Origin: a virus
Lineage: Duplodnaviria; Caudoviricetes
IMG/VR virus record: IMGVR_UViG_3300048850_000019
Coordinates: 1 to 37,609 of that record
DNA: 37,609 nucleotides
Reading direction: 5' to 3' (one strand)
Made by a program: the position numbers and the translations under genes. Shown in pieces: positions 1 through 8,656 of this stretch (the stretch's first letter is position 1; each line of letters starts with the position of its first letter). Under the pieces are notes generated by a model. It worked only from the letters and a program-made list of their open reading frames with translations, had not been told where the DNA came from and made no database searches.

Positions 1-746
1 GCCACAGCTTCGCCCTCGGCCGCGCGATAGAACACGCCTGCCTCAAGGTCCACGTAGGGCCGACCGGGTTCGGGCTGGAACGATGCTTGCCACACACGAG
101 CCGATCGGCTTCCTGTGTAGGTTGCGACCAAGATGAACCGCGCAACGTGCAAGGTGGCCTTCTTCTTAGTCGGCGCTCCCCGCTGGATCTCGCGCTTGCG
201 ATATGCCGCCCACAAGAGTTGCGCCAGCAGCTTCCGATCAAGGTATTTGACGCGTCCTTGCGACTTCGCGGGCAGGGTTATAATCACTGCCTGCCTGGTC
301 ACATTGTCCGCGATTGCCATGCGGCACGCTGCACGCAAATCCTCAAGCTCCCGCCGCGCTAGAGAAATCGACTTCCGGCTTTCGGCATATGCTCGGCACG
401 TTGCGGTGGTGATGTCGTCCAGTGTCTTGTCGCCCCAGTAGGCGAGCAAGGCATCGACGCGAGCAGCCAGTTCCTTCGGCCGCTTTGATCCTTCGCCTTT
501 CTGCAGGACATAGTGCGTCAGGACCTCGGCGACCTTTACCTCGCTTGCGCGACGGTCCTTGGCTTTCGGAGTGTCGATGAACTGGGCTGCGATGTGGTCA
601 GAGAGCGCTCTCTGAGCCTCCTCAACGCTAGTCTCGCCGCATCCAGTTCGATACTGCTTCCCGCCGTCGAGGATGATCCAGACCGCTTCTCGATCGGGGC
701 CGGCTGGCCTGAGCCATAGCCTTGCCGGTTTTCGGGCGCGCGGCAT
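1..746 (-). CDS. int: Tyrosine recombinase/phage integrase, N-terminal part (runs off window)
   Basis: Own translation (not in ORF track): MPRARKPARLWLRPAGPDREAVWIILDGGKQYRTGCG...LARRELEDLRAA...ARFILVATYTGSRSARVW; YTGxR catalytic Arg box; GAGGAG upstream of ATG 746. Confidence 0.9.
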   Translation of the reverse strand, partial: MPRARKPARLWLRPAGPDREAVWIILDGGKQYRTGCGETSVEEAQRALSDHIAAQFIDTPKAKDRRASEVKVAEVLTHYVLQKGEGSKRPKELAARVDALLAYWGDKTLDDITTATCRAYAESRKSISLARRELEDLRAACRMAIADNVTRQAVIITLPAKSQGRVKYLDRKLLAQLLWAAYRKREIQRGAPTKKKATLHVARFILVATYTGSRSARVWQASFQPEPGRPYVDLEAGVFYRAAEGEAV

Positions 747-940
747 TTCTCTTTCATCTCCTCAATCGCGCGCTTCGTCACGAAGTCCTTTCGCGCAATC
801 TGCATGATCTGCAGGTTGCCCTTGGCGGCTTCTGTCCGCAAGGATGATGGTGACAGGCGGTTGCCGAAAAACAGCCGACAGGCTTCAGCCAAGGTGACCG
901 GCTCGTCGTCTTCAACTGGGCGGGTAGCGGCTTGCGTCAT
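536..940 (-). CDS. xis: Excisionase-like winged-helix protein overlapping int 5' end
   Basis: VTLAEACRLFFGNRLSPSSLRTEAAKGNL...KDFVTKRAIEEM, HTH_17/Xis-like; immediately upstream of int. Confidence 0.7.
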   Translation of the reverse strand: MTQAATRPVEDDEPVTLAEACRLFFGNRLSPSSLRTEAAKGNLQIMQIARKDFVTKRAIEEMKEKCRAPENRQGYGSGQPAPIEKRSGSSSTAGSSIELDAARLALRRLRERSLTTSQPSSSTLRKPRTVAQAR

Positions 941-1248
941 CCCCTCCCTCCGTCAGACAAAGGGGAAGCGGCCAGAGTGCCCCGAGCTTTGGCGTATTGC
1001 ATGAAGTTCTCAACCTTCATTTGCTTCGGCGCAAATGCAGTGCTTGGCGAAGGCAGCAACCCTTCATGGCGAAGCATGTCATAGACTGCCAGAAGGTCGT
1101 TGAACTCCTGCGCGATACGCTGAGCGTTAGTTAGGTCTTGGCCGGACTTCTTGTCGTCCAAGCCAAACCGGAGAGCTTTGGCAACTTCTTGCGCGATCTC
1201 GCTGCATTCCTCTGCGAGGCATGTAAGCAGATGTTCCGAGCAGTTCAT
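937..1248 (-). CDS. MazG-like all-alpha NTP pyrophosphohydrolase
   Basis: LAEECSEIAQEVAKALRFG...QEFNDLLAV matches EExxE...ExxD pattern. Confidence 0.7.
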   Translation of the reverse strand: MNCSEHLLTCLAEECSEIAQEVAKALRFGLDDKKSGQDLTNAQRIAQEFNDLLAVYDMLRHEGLLPSPSTAFAPKQMKVENFMQYAKARGTLAASPLSDGGRG

Positions 1249-2297
1249 CGTGGATCACCTTCGCGCTTCGGACGGATAGCTTCGGCGGCTTCCCGCATCT
1301 GCTCTTCCCCCACCGCCACGCTCGACGCTTCCCGCTGTTCGGCGGGGGCGTATACCAGCGGGCGTGCCGTCACCAACTCTTTGTCAGCATCAGCCACGGC
1401 ATCGGTGTATTGCAGCCAGCGATTAGGCCAAAGCTTGGTCGGATGCGAATTGGCGATGATCTCGTAAGCTACCACACTTTCCCCCACCGCCGCGCTTGGC
1501 GCTTCCCGCTGTTCGGCGCGGGCGCGGAGCAACGACGCCGCTTTGCGCATGATGGGCGCAAGATAGGCGAGCGGGACCATGCCAGAGCTTGCTGCAACAA
1601 AGGGCGCAGCACTGTCGAGACGTTGGGCAATATCCAGCGCATCCTCCCCCACCTCTACGTCTTGGGAAGGCACCGCTGCGGTTGGCGCTTGCTTGATTTC
1701 ACCCGCTCGCTCAGCATCTTCGTCTAGGCAAGTGTTGCACAGTCCGCTCGCGGTTCGTGGAACCGCGCTACAACGTACACAGCCTCCATCGTCGGGAGCG
1801 GTTGGCGCTTGCTTGGAGCGGAGGGCAGACGCGATTGTTTCGGCTACCTTGCCGCAATCAGCGCCGCTGGAACTGCATCGCGGGCAGTAAACGTCGCTGT
1901 CATCGCCAAAACTGTCGGTGCCGCATAGTTCCGACGAACCAACCCACCCGCAATGATCGCATGAGGCGAGGTAGTAAGGTTCGCGCACCTCGAATGACAC
2001 AATAGGCCCGGCATACGTCGCCATCTGCTTGAGGTCTTCAAGCCGGACTTCCTCGGGGGTCATCCCCCCGTCATCCTCCCCCACCGGGGCGGGCTGGGCG
2101 GCGAGGTGTGGCGACCGTGTAAGCTGATTAGCCCAAAACCAGTAATGGTCCTCGCGATCCATGACCTCGTTGCGATATCGAACACGCGCCTCCCAAGGTC
2201 GGGTCTCTGTCACGACACCTTCTGTCTTGCCGTCGATGTATACCGTTTCGCCTATGCTGAATGGCGCGAACTGAGGCTTGTTGCTGCTCTCGCTCAT
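1245..2297 (-). CDS. Mosaic multi-module early protein with Cys-rich Zn-binding modules
   Basis: Start reassigned to ATG 2297 (ATGA overlap with upstream stop); CDHC..CPRC and CVRC..CNTC motifs; repeated linkers. Confidence 0.75.
   Translation of the reverse strand: MSESSNKPQFAPFSIGETVYIDGKTEGVVTETRPWEARVRYRNEVMDREDHYWFWANQLTRSPHLAAQPAPVGEDDGGMTPEEVRLEDLKQMATYAGPIVSFEVREPYYLASCDHCGWVGSSELCGTDSFGDDSDVYCPRCSSSGADCGKVAETIASALRSKQAPTAPDDGGCVRCSAVPRTASGLCNTCLDEDAERAGEIKQAPTAAVPSQDVEVGEDALDIAQRLDSAAPFVAASSGMVPLAYLAPIMRKAASLLRARAEQREAPSAAVGESVVAYEIIANSHPTKLWPNRWLQYTDAVADADKELVTARPLVYAPAEQREASSVAVGEEQMREAAEAIRPKREGDPR
1305..1518. repeat. 40-bp direct repeat pair (1305-1344, 1479-1518; 37/40 identical)
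   Basis: ttcccccaccgcc(a/g)cgct(c/t)g(a/g)cgcttcccgctgttcggcg, encoding AEQREAxSxAVGE. Confidence 0.9.
1678..1815. repeat. 18-bp perfect direct repeat pair (1678-1695, 1798-1815)
   Basis: gcggttggcgcttgcttg (KQAPTA) flanking the CVRC..CNTC module. Confidence 0.9.
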
Positions 2298-2752
2298 GGC
2301 TTGCTGGCTCCTGGGTTGAGGGCGGCGCGGATTGCTTCTGCGTCTTCGGGGCAACCAGCCGCGTGACCGACCTTCCACCCGCCACCGCAGCAGCAGGACA
2401 AGCCTTCCCACTCGGCTTCGTTTCGGATTGCTTTTGCGATCTCTTCACTACCGGCCCGCTCGGCAAGGCGAGCAGATTTTGCATAAGCGCCGTCGATACG
2501 TTCGGCCAAATATTGAGCAAATCGCTCTGCTTCCTTCACCCGCGCCTCAAGCTGCTCGCGTTCGGCTTGGGCGGTGGTGAGGGCGCGAGCGGCATCCCGA
2601 ATGCTTTGCTTGGCCAGAGGCGCTATAACATCGTCGTAGGCGTCAACAATTCGGAGAAGAATGGTGGGCAGATCGGCCCGCGCTTCCTGCGTGACGCCGC
2701 CATTGATCTGATCGCGGACACGCGGGCAATCTGGGTCGGTGAGGGTGTTCAT
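2294..2752 (-). CDS. Hypothetical early protein (coiled coil + Cys/His cluster)
   Basis: ATGA-coupled ORF; CCCGGGWKVGHAAGC. Confidence 0.7.
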   Translation of the reverse strand: MNTLTDPDCPRVRDQINGGVTQEARADLPTILLRIVDAYDDVIAPLAKQSIRDAARALTTAQAEREQLEARVKEAERFAQYLAERIDGAYAKSARLAERAGSEEIAKAIRNEAEWEGLSCCCGGGWKVGHAAGCPEDAEAIRAALNPGASKP

Positions 2753-3144
2753 GAGCGTGCCTCGCGATAGAAGGATTTGCGGGTCGTGAAGTCGAGCTTG
2801 GGCTCAGCCTTCGGCGGCTTGGGCCGGGAGGGGATCGCTGCCTTGGCGCGCGTCTTCATTCCCATGAGTTGCTGCCGAACGGTCTTCGCGGCGGTGGGCG
2901 TGTCGCGGTTTGCAGTCTTCCATCCGTGGCACTTCGGGCAGACGGCGCGGCAGTTCTCCAGGCTGTTATCGTGGGAATTGGCATCGAGGATGAGGTGATC
3001 GTACTCGACGCCAAGCCCTAGGCTGGTGGCGCAGCGCTGGCCGGCGGGCAGGCCATACCAATCACCCACGGCTTCGCAGATAAGACCAGACCGGCGGAGG
3101 GCTTCCTTGCGGGTTTTGGCTGTGAACTCGCGACGGTCGGCCAT
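2749..3144 (-). CDS. HNH endonuclease-like protein
   Basis: RREFTAKTRKEALRRSGLICE...VEYDH...NSLENCRAVCPKCHGWKT. Confidence 0.8.
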   Translation of the reverse strand: MADRREFTAKTRKEALRRSGLICEAVGDWYGLPAGQRCATSLGLGVEYDHLILDANSHDNSLENCRAVCPKCHGWKTANRDTPTAAKTVRQQLMGMKTRAKAAIPSRPKPPKAEPKLDFTTRKSFYREARS

Positions 3145-3347
3145 CAGCGTGCCTCCTGGCGCATTGCAGCCGTTGCCGCTGCGAAGTCGTTGGCAAACCG
3201 CTCATGTCCGCGTGCCGCCACCTCCTCACGAAGCTTCATGTGGAACGCGTCATGGATCGACGGGCGCGCCTTCTGCGTCTTGGTGAAGGTGGTGACGTTG
3301 ACTGTTGTGCGGGCCGGCTTGCGGCGGAACAGGGATAGAAACTTCAT
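3144..3347 (-). CDS. Hypothetical protein
   Basis: Coupled ORF in operon. Confidence 0.65.
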   Translation of the reverse strand: MKFLSLFRRKPARTTVNVTTFTKTQKARPSIHDAFHMKLREEVAARGHERFANDFAAATAAMRQEAR

Positions 3348-3787
3348 GCTGCCCTCGCTTCGGTTTCGGGCTCGTAGAAGCCGCCCTTGATCGTTTCGTT
3401 AAGCTGGACGCCGTGCGTGTCGCAGAATGCGAGGGCGTATGTGATGAGGCTGGCAGCGCGCGCTACGGACATGCGCGAGGTGCTTTCGCGGACGTTGACG
3501 AACTCGCCCTCCAATCCTGGAACGAAGTCGATCTCGCCCTTGGTGGCGGCGGTATGTCCTGAAACCAGCAGCACCTTCCATTCGTCGGCGTCACGGCGCT
3601 TGCCGGCCCATTTCATGTCGGACTTGCCAAGGTCGGTGCAGATGGCGTGAAACTTGGCGTTCTGGTCCTTGCTGCGGGATGCCGGGCCAAGCGACACGGC
3701 GCTGCCCTTGTCAGCTGAGATGATGGCGCGGATCGCGTTGTGGCGAACCTCGTCATTGATGAGAACGAAGCGTCTGTTACCAGCCAT
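3344..3787 (-). CDS. ninB: NinB/Orf-family recombination mediator
   Basis: RSKDQNAKFHAICTDL...EWKVLLVSG...VPGLEGEFVNVRESTSRMSV. Confidence 0.85.
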   Translation of the reverse strand: MAGNRRFVLINDEVRHNAIRAIISADKGSAVSLGPASRSKDQNAKFHAICTDLGKSDMKWAGKRRDADEWKVLLVSGHTAATKGEIDFVPGLEGEFVNVRESTSRMSVARAASLITYALAFCDTHGVQLNETIKGGFYEPETEARAA

Positions 3788-3791
3788 CTCG

Positions 3792-4595
3792 TCACCCCGC
3801 GTTCAATGGATGGTTGCGAAGCTCGGACTGCACCGAAGGTGGGAGATCACCGGGGAACACGTCGGCTTCCTGCAGGATCTTCCGTCGCGCCTCGAACTTC
3901 TTGGCGGCTTCCGTGATGTAATCCTTCGACCATCCGTCGCGCTGGGCTATGTGCTTCCATCCACCGGCACACTTGTTCACGGCCGCGATGGTCTCGCAGT
4001 CGAGCATGTCATTTTCGATGTCGATCAATGCCCGTTTTTGCTGAGCGGCAGATGCGGGCTTGTTGGTTTCGCCCTCGGAAACACCGGTCTGCGAGCGCGG
4101 GTCGATGGGGGAGGCTGGTTTCTGCTTGTCCTGTTTATCAGCCCTGAACTCGGCACCAACCTCGTTGACGTACTTGCTGTCGTCAAACATGCCCATGTGC
4201 ACGTCGGCGCCGACGCCGATCATCTTCAAGGCGTTGGTGATCGCATCCGTAAAAGCCTTCTTGAAAGCCTCGTCGTCGCTCTTCGTGCCGCTGGAGAACT
4301 TGGCAATAACCTTGTCTCCGCCGACGCCCCACGAACGCTGTTCAGGCTTCTCGTACCAGATAGACACGGTGCAATAGACGAGCGTTTCACCGTCTGTTCC
4401 AGGGACGACTTGGAAGCTTGGTTCGTAAATGCCCCACCCTTGACCGATCGGGCCGAACTCTTCCGTCATGCGCCGGTAGGACCACATCGGCTTGATGGCG
4501 GTTCCCTTGAACCCGCCGCCGCGCGTGAAGGCTTTGGTGTGGGCTGGGTCGGTGCGGCCTAGGCGATCCCAAAGTGCTGTTTTCTCAGACATCAC
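3792..4595 (-). CDS. Rad52/Sak-like single-strand annealing protein
   Basis: GGFKGTAIKPMW..RMTEEFGPIGQGWG...DDEAFKKAFTDAITNALKMIGVGADVHMG; next to exonuclease and ninB. Confidence 0.75.
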   Translation of the reverse strand: MMSEKTALWDRLGRTDPAHTKAFTRGGGFKGTAIKPMWSYRRMTEEFGPIGQGWGIYEPSFQVVPGTDGETLVYCTVSIWYEKPEQRSWGVGGDKVIAKFSSGTKSDDEAFKKAFTDAITNALKMIGVGADVHMGMFDDSKYVNEVGAEFRADKQDKQKPASPIDPRSQTGVSEGETNKPASAAQQKRALIDIENDMLDCETIAAVNKCAGGWKHIAQRDGWSKDYITEAAKKFEARRKILQEADVFPGDLPPSVQSELRNHPLNAG

Positions 4596-5266
4596 GCGGC
4601 CTCACCAAACGCGACTTGCATGCGGCGATGGATCTGGCGGGTGCGCTCCACATCGGCGGCGCAGTAGGCGGTGATCGTCTCGAACTTTTTGGCTGCCCAC
4701 AGATCCGCGATCATTGATCCGTCGATCTCGCCCTTGCCGTCGAAGCCCATGGCGCCGCAAAGCCGGTCCATGCCGATCATGCCGCGCGCGCCGGCAAAGG
4801 CCGTCATTGTGTCGAACACCTCTCCAGCCCACGGCTTCGGATCGCGCGGGAACCATGCGGGCATCGGAACACCCAGGATGATGGCACGCTGCCAGATGAA
4901 GCGGATATCGAAGCCGATGACGTTGTGGCCGATGATGGTGGGATGCTGGTACTGCGGCACCAACGCTTCAAGCGAAGCAAGGAAGCCGCTCAGGATGGGC
5001 TTCTCGTCGCGAACGTCTTCCATCCAGATCGTCTGCGCCGGCTCGTCGTCAATCGCCCAGCCGATGCAGCAGATGTGGCCGTAGGCGCCGTCGAAGCTCG
5101 TCTTCGCCACGGCTTCCTTCACCAGCGCTGGCTTCTTGTCAGCCACCCATGCCGCGATCGTCTCGGCCTTGCTGATGTTGCCGGGAACGGTGATCGTCTC
5201 GGCGATGGCGTCGTGAACGGCCGGCGACTGAGATGGGATCGTTTCGATGTCGAGATAGATGTTCAT
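4592..5266 (-). CDS. DEDD 3'-5' exonuclease (PolB-exo-like)
   Basis: ExoI YLDIET, ExoII GHNVIGFD, ExoIII YCAADV. Confidence 0.85.
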   Translation of the reverse strand: MNIYLDIETIPSQSPAVHDAIAETITVPGNISKAETIAAWVADKKPALVKEAVAKTSFDGAYGHICCIGWAIDDEPAQTIWMEDVRDEKPILSGFLASLEALVPQYQHPTIIGHNVIGFDIRFIWQRAIILGVPMPAWFPRDPKPWAGEVFDTMTAFAGARGMIGMDRLCGAMGFDGKGEIDGSMIADLWAAKKFETITAYCAADVERTRQIHRRMQVAFGEAA

Positions 5267-5269
5267 GGC

Positions 5270-5872
5270 TCAATCCACATACTGGAGATCAAGGGAAGCC
5301 ATCGCGGCCGGCGATGAAGCTGTGTCGCGCATCAACTGCGCCATGCAGCCGGCGCAAGCGGTGAAGCCTTGCTGCGAATATTTCAGCAGGCGCCGCAGGG
5401 TTGCGACGGGATAGGTGACCTTGTGGATCGCCAGCTTGCGCCGTCCGAGATCCCACAGCGCCGTCGGCGTCGTGACCAGATCGTCACCATCAAGGCAGAA
5501 CTGCGTGATGGTGTAATCGAAGCTGTCGATCACCTCCTCGGCAGTCCCGTAGAAGCGGAACCTAATCGCCTGAACGTCGATCGGTAGGCTCGACCCTTCG
5601 ATGGTCCCCCGATAGTGCTTATGGTGCTCAGTCTCGCGGATCAGGTTCATGGTGGCTGGAAGCTTCCGCTCCCAATCCTCCAACTGCGCCTCGTCACGGA
5701 AGAAGAAATCGAAGTCGCTATCCAGAGCGTGCTTGATCAGGGTTCGCCGAACGGCACCGCCTGCAATCCAAGCGCCGTTCTGCACCTTAGAAAGAACTGC
5801 ATCCAAAGCAGTCTTGTTGCAGTCGGAGCGCTCGCAGAACTCAGCGAAGTTCAATCGGATCGTGTTCATCAT
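5270..5872 (-). CDS. Minimal class-II (CCA-adding/poly(A) polymerase-like) nucleotidyltransferase
   Basis: WIAGGAVRR..DSDFDFFF (GG..DxD), IDVQ, IDSFDYTITQ, TLRRLLKY. Confidence 0.75.
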   Translation of the reverse strand: MMNTIRLNFAEFCERSDCNKTALDAVLSKVQNGAWIAGGAVRRTLIKHALDSDFDFFFRDEAQLEDWERKLPATMNLIRETEHHKHYRGTIEGSSLPIDVQAIRFRFYGTAEEVIDSFDYTITQFCLDGDDLVTTPTALWDLGRRKLAIHKVTYPVATLRRLLKYSQQGFTACAGCMAQLMRDTASSPAAMASLDLQYVD

Positions 5873-6081
5873 GCAGCCTTTCGGGCGCGGCGTCGGCCGT
5901 CTGCCAGTTCCATGAGGTTTTCTGCGGAGCGCTGGCGGGTGGCGTCGAAGCCAAAGCGGGCTTCGTAATCAGCCATCGCCATCCAGAGATCGTGATCGAG
6001 GTGCGCGTCCGACGTGTCGGGTTGCTCAGCGTCGTATATGCCCGGCGCAGGCCAAGGCTTTGGCTGGGAGAGGGAGGTCAT
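5869..6081 (-). CDS. Hypothetical protein
   Basis: Start MTSLSQ at 6081 via ATGA overlap. Confidence 0.6.
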   Translation of the reverse strand: MTSLSQPKPWPAPGIYDAEQPDTSDAHLDHDLWMAMADYEARFGFDATRQRSAENLMELADGRRRARKAA

Positions 6082-6488
6082 TGGCTCTCTCCACGGACCT
6101 GCGGCTCCTGCATAAGCTCTTCGCAAATCCACAGCATAGCTGCGAGAACACTGCGGAACTTCATGTTTTCGCGTGGGAATGGACGGTGCGGATCCCAACG
6201 TTCGTCACGTACACGCACATCACCCGGTTCGCCCCGGATGCAGAACGCGCGCTCTTGTTGGCCATCCTTCGCGGAGGTAAACCCGCCAGGGTTCGCGTGA
6301 TTGAAGGCGGAGACTTTGCCGGGGCACTGGCGAGCGTAAATGTCCCAATGACCGGGGTTCCGCTGCCCGATTGAAAAGCCGAACGGGAAATGCGGCTGGT
6401 TCAAATCGAAGAAGTGCTTCTCAGCTTCTTTCTCGCGAGCTCGCGACTGAGCGTAGGAAACCTTCTCTTCCAAGGTGAGGTCGCTCAT
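6078..6488 (-). CDS. Hypothetical protein
   Basis: Coupled ORF, 136 aa. Confidence 0.7.
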   Translation of the reverse strand: MSDLTLEEKVSYAQSRAREKEAEKHFFDLNQPHFPFGFSIGQRNPGHWDIYARQCPGKVSAFNHANPGGFTSAKDGQQERAFCIRGEPGDVRVRDERWDPHRPFPRENMKFRSVLAAMLWICEELMQEPQVRGESQ

Positions 6489-6583
6489 AAGCCGGGTGCT
6501 CCTTGCCAGTAGGCGCCGAACAGCATCATCGACGTAATGAGGAGGGCGATGTTGCGGGGATTGCCGAAGAGGTGGTTGGCCAT
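6485..6583 (-). CDS. Small hydrophobic peptide
   Basis: MANHLFGNPRNIALLITSMMLFGAYWQGAPGL with GAGGTGG RBS. Confidence 0.5.
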   Translation of the reverse strand: MANHLFGNPRNIALLITSMMLFGAYWQGAPGL

Positions 6584-6593
6584 GTCTGCCACC

Positions 6594-6839
6594 TCAGAAC
6601 GGGATTTCGGCGTCAAGGTCGCGTACATTGCGAGCCTTGCCATCCAGCCGAAAATCGGTGAACTGCACATCGACACGCTCAGCGGCGGCGACGGCTTCGA
6701 GGATGAAGAAGCGGACGCCGGGGGCCTGACGAGCGAGGCGGTTTGCCTCTGTCTTGGCGCTGGCGAAGGTCTTGTGCATCATGACGGGGGCGCGCTGGCC
6801 TTCGCCATAGATCATCCAGAATTGCTCAGGTGCGCTCAC
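6594..6839 (-). CDS. Hypothetical phage protein with SSB-like acidic EIPF tail
   Basis: GTG start 6839; FWMIYGEGQRAP..H.TFASAKTEANRLA; ends DAEIPF. Confidence 0.65.
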   Translation of the reverse strand: MSAPEQFWMIYGEGQRAPVMMHKTFASAKTEANRLARQAPGVRFFILEAVAAAERVDVQFTDFRLDGKARNVRDLDAEIPF

Positions 6840-7027
6840 GCTGCTTCCTCCATGGTCTCGACGGTTTCGGTGATCGTGAGCGGCGGGAACCCACGGCTCT
6901 CGACCTCGGCGGAGCAGTTGCGCCAAATGGCCTTCTCGGCCTCGATCTCGTGGCGTAGATGCTCAGGGCGGGTGAAGCGGAACTGAGGGCCGTGCTCGTT
7001 GAATAGGGTGATGATGACCCGGGCCAT
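6836..7027 (-). CDS. Hypothetical protein
   Basis: Start MARVIITL at 7027 with GAGG upstream. Confidence 0.6.
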   Translation of the reverse strand: MARVIITLFNEHGPQFRFTRPEHLRHEIEAEKAIWRNCSAEVESRGFPPLTITETVETMEEAA

Positions 7028-7028
7028 G

Positions 7029-7271
7029 TCAGCGAACCTCGTCAGTTGAGCGCGGCTGCATCTGGATCGTGACCCGCCTTGGGCCATAACCGCGATCTGA
7101 CCAGCGCTGGACGATGATCGGGAAATCAATGCGCGACCGCTCAGAGCCGATGTGTCGTCGCCACGCTTCGCCTGCTGTCGTCCCGAAGGAACGGCATCCC
7201 ATTTCAAGCGAGATTTGATCGCTCCACCCGTTATTCGCGATCACGAAGCCAGTTAGGGTTGCGGCCGTCAT
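7029..7271 (-). CDS. Hypothetical protein
   Basis: Coupled ORF. Confidence 0.6.
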   Translation of the reverse strand: MTAATLTGFVIANNGWSDQISLEMGCRSFGTTAGEAWRRHIGSERSRIDFPIIVQRWSDRGYGPRRVTIQMQPRSTDEVR

Positions 7272-7534
7272 GACGCCGCCCCGAGCGAAGCGCCCTTGCA
7301 GTCAGCAAACATCGCGGCAATGACCGGATCCGAAGTGCCTTGCTCGTCGTGCCAAGCCTCAACGGCGTCGATGCACTCGAATAAGGTCTGGCAATCACCA
7401 GTGATGGGGAACGTCAGCCGGTCATAATCCTGGTGCGTCCACTCCCAGCCTTCGATCGTTTCCTGGATCACGAAGTCGCGGTAGAGAAGCCACTGCTGTG
7501 TGGTGTTGATGCGGGCGAATGCTGTCGTTCCCAT
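7268..7534 (-). CDS. Hypothetical protein
   Basis: Coupled ORF. Confidence 0.65.
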   Translation of the reverse strand: MGTTAFARINTTQQWLLYRDFVIQETIEGWEWTHQDYDRLTFPITGDCQTLFECIDAVEAWHDEQGTSDPVIAAMFADCKGASLGAAS

Positions 7535-8016
7535 TATGCTGCCTCCGCAAGGCCGCGTTCGAAGGCGTCGAAGGCCATCGTCGCGTCGGTTAGCCTCTGT
7601 TCTGCGAGCTTGATGTCGTCGGGTCGGGGGACGTGCCTCTGGCGCTCGATCTCAAGATTGATCGCCGCTGCATCCAGTTCGATGCGAAGCGTCCGTAGGG
7701 GCTCAGGAAGGGCAAGCACTTCGCTCTTCCTTGCAGCCCATGCGGCATCATCGGCGCGGGCTTGCAGGATCGCGGCTTCCATTTCCGCAAGCGCCTCGGC
7801 CTGAGTTAAGGCAAAGCCGTCCTTGCTTGGTGTCCGGTATTCCCAGCCGGTGCCGATCATGCGGATTGAACCGACGATCTGGCCGCTGTTCTCGTCGCGG
7901 ACTTTCTTCCAACGGCCGGTCTGGCTCATCGCCTGAAATGCGGCCTCAAGGTTCCCGTGCGTTCCCGCAATGGCCTTGGTGTGTTCTGCTGGTGACAGAT
8001 GGTGACGGGAGGTCAT
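7534..8016 (-). CDS. Hypothetical protein
   Basis: Start MTSRHH at 8016 (ATGA overlap). Confidence 0.65.
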   Translation of the reverse strand: MTSRHHLSPAEHTKAIAGTHGNLEAAFQAMSQTGRWKKVRDENSGQIVGSIRMIGTGWEYRTPSKDGFALTQAEALAEMEAAILQARADDAAWAARKSEVLALPEPLRTLRIELDAAAINLEIERQRHVPRPDDIKLAEQRLTDATMAFDAFERGLAEAA

Positions 8017-8297
8017 AGCGACACCCACATGCGACCCGTGTCTTTGCAGAGGATGCAGCCGTATTCGGACCCGCCGCTATGATTGTTCAGCTTCAGCATT
8101 TCGACATCGGAAACGCGTTCGTCAGCAATGCAATCAGGGCAGCAGATAAAGCCGGCCACGCCGTCTACGCTTACAACCCGCGCCTCCCAGGCATATTCCT
8201 CGGCTGATTTCGGCGAGTAATCCTTCACGCAACCGTTTGGGATGACGATCTGCATTTGGACCAGCGTGTGTTCTGCTGTTGCGACAGGAGGGGTCAT
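8013..8297 (-). CDS. Hypothetical Zn-finger protein
   Basis: CPDC...CILCKDTG. Confidence 0.65.
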   Translation of the reverse strand: MTPPVATAEHTLVQMQIVIPNGCVKDYSPKSAEEYAWEARVVSVDGVAGFICCPDCIADERVSDVEMLKLNNHSGGSEYGCILCKDTGRMWVSL

Positions 8298-8524
8298 CAG
8301 ACCAGATACTCCGACACAACCGCACCCTTCGCAGTGAGGCGAATACGCGATGCCTCATCATCAGCCTCGAAAAGCTCCGGGGCGTCATCGGCGTGCTTCT
8401 TGGCAATGCCCCAAAGAACGTTGCTCACGGTGCGCCAGCCCTCGCCTTGGTCGGGCGAGCGGTTGAGAAGAGCGATGAAGCCCTTCTGTCGGTCGGTGAG
8501 CTTGGTCTGTGCTTCCTGCGTCAT
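8297..8524 (-). CDS. First gene of leftward early operon, small winged-helix-like protein
   Basis: KLTDRQKGFIALL...IRLTAKGAVV; AAGGGA RBS. Confidence 0.65.
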   Translation of the reverse strand: MTQEAQTKLTDRQKGFIALLNRSPDQGEGWRTVSNVLWGIAKKHADDAPELFEADDEASRIRLTAKGAVVSEYLV

Positions 8525-8627
8525 CTGCTCATCCCTTAGTGCTGGCCAGAAGCGGAGGGCGCTGACTGGCGGGGCGGTGTGTGGGGCGCTGGATCAGCCG
8601 GGGCTTCTTCGCAGCGGGTATGAGCAT

Positions 8628-8656
8628 TTCGTACGCTTTGTACGATCTAAGGTCAA
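8628..8656 (-). promoter_or_regulatory. Putative PL promoter
   Basis: TTGACC (8656-8651) - 17 nt - TACGAA, overlapped by operators. Confidence 0.55.

Noticed and set aside
1-746. att site
   Set aside because: Integrase runs off the window, so the attachment site is not visible
1305-2085. CRISPR array or DGR template/variable repeats
   Set aside because: Repeats are few, heterogeneous, in-frame coding linkers; no cas or reverse transcriptase in the window
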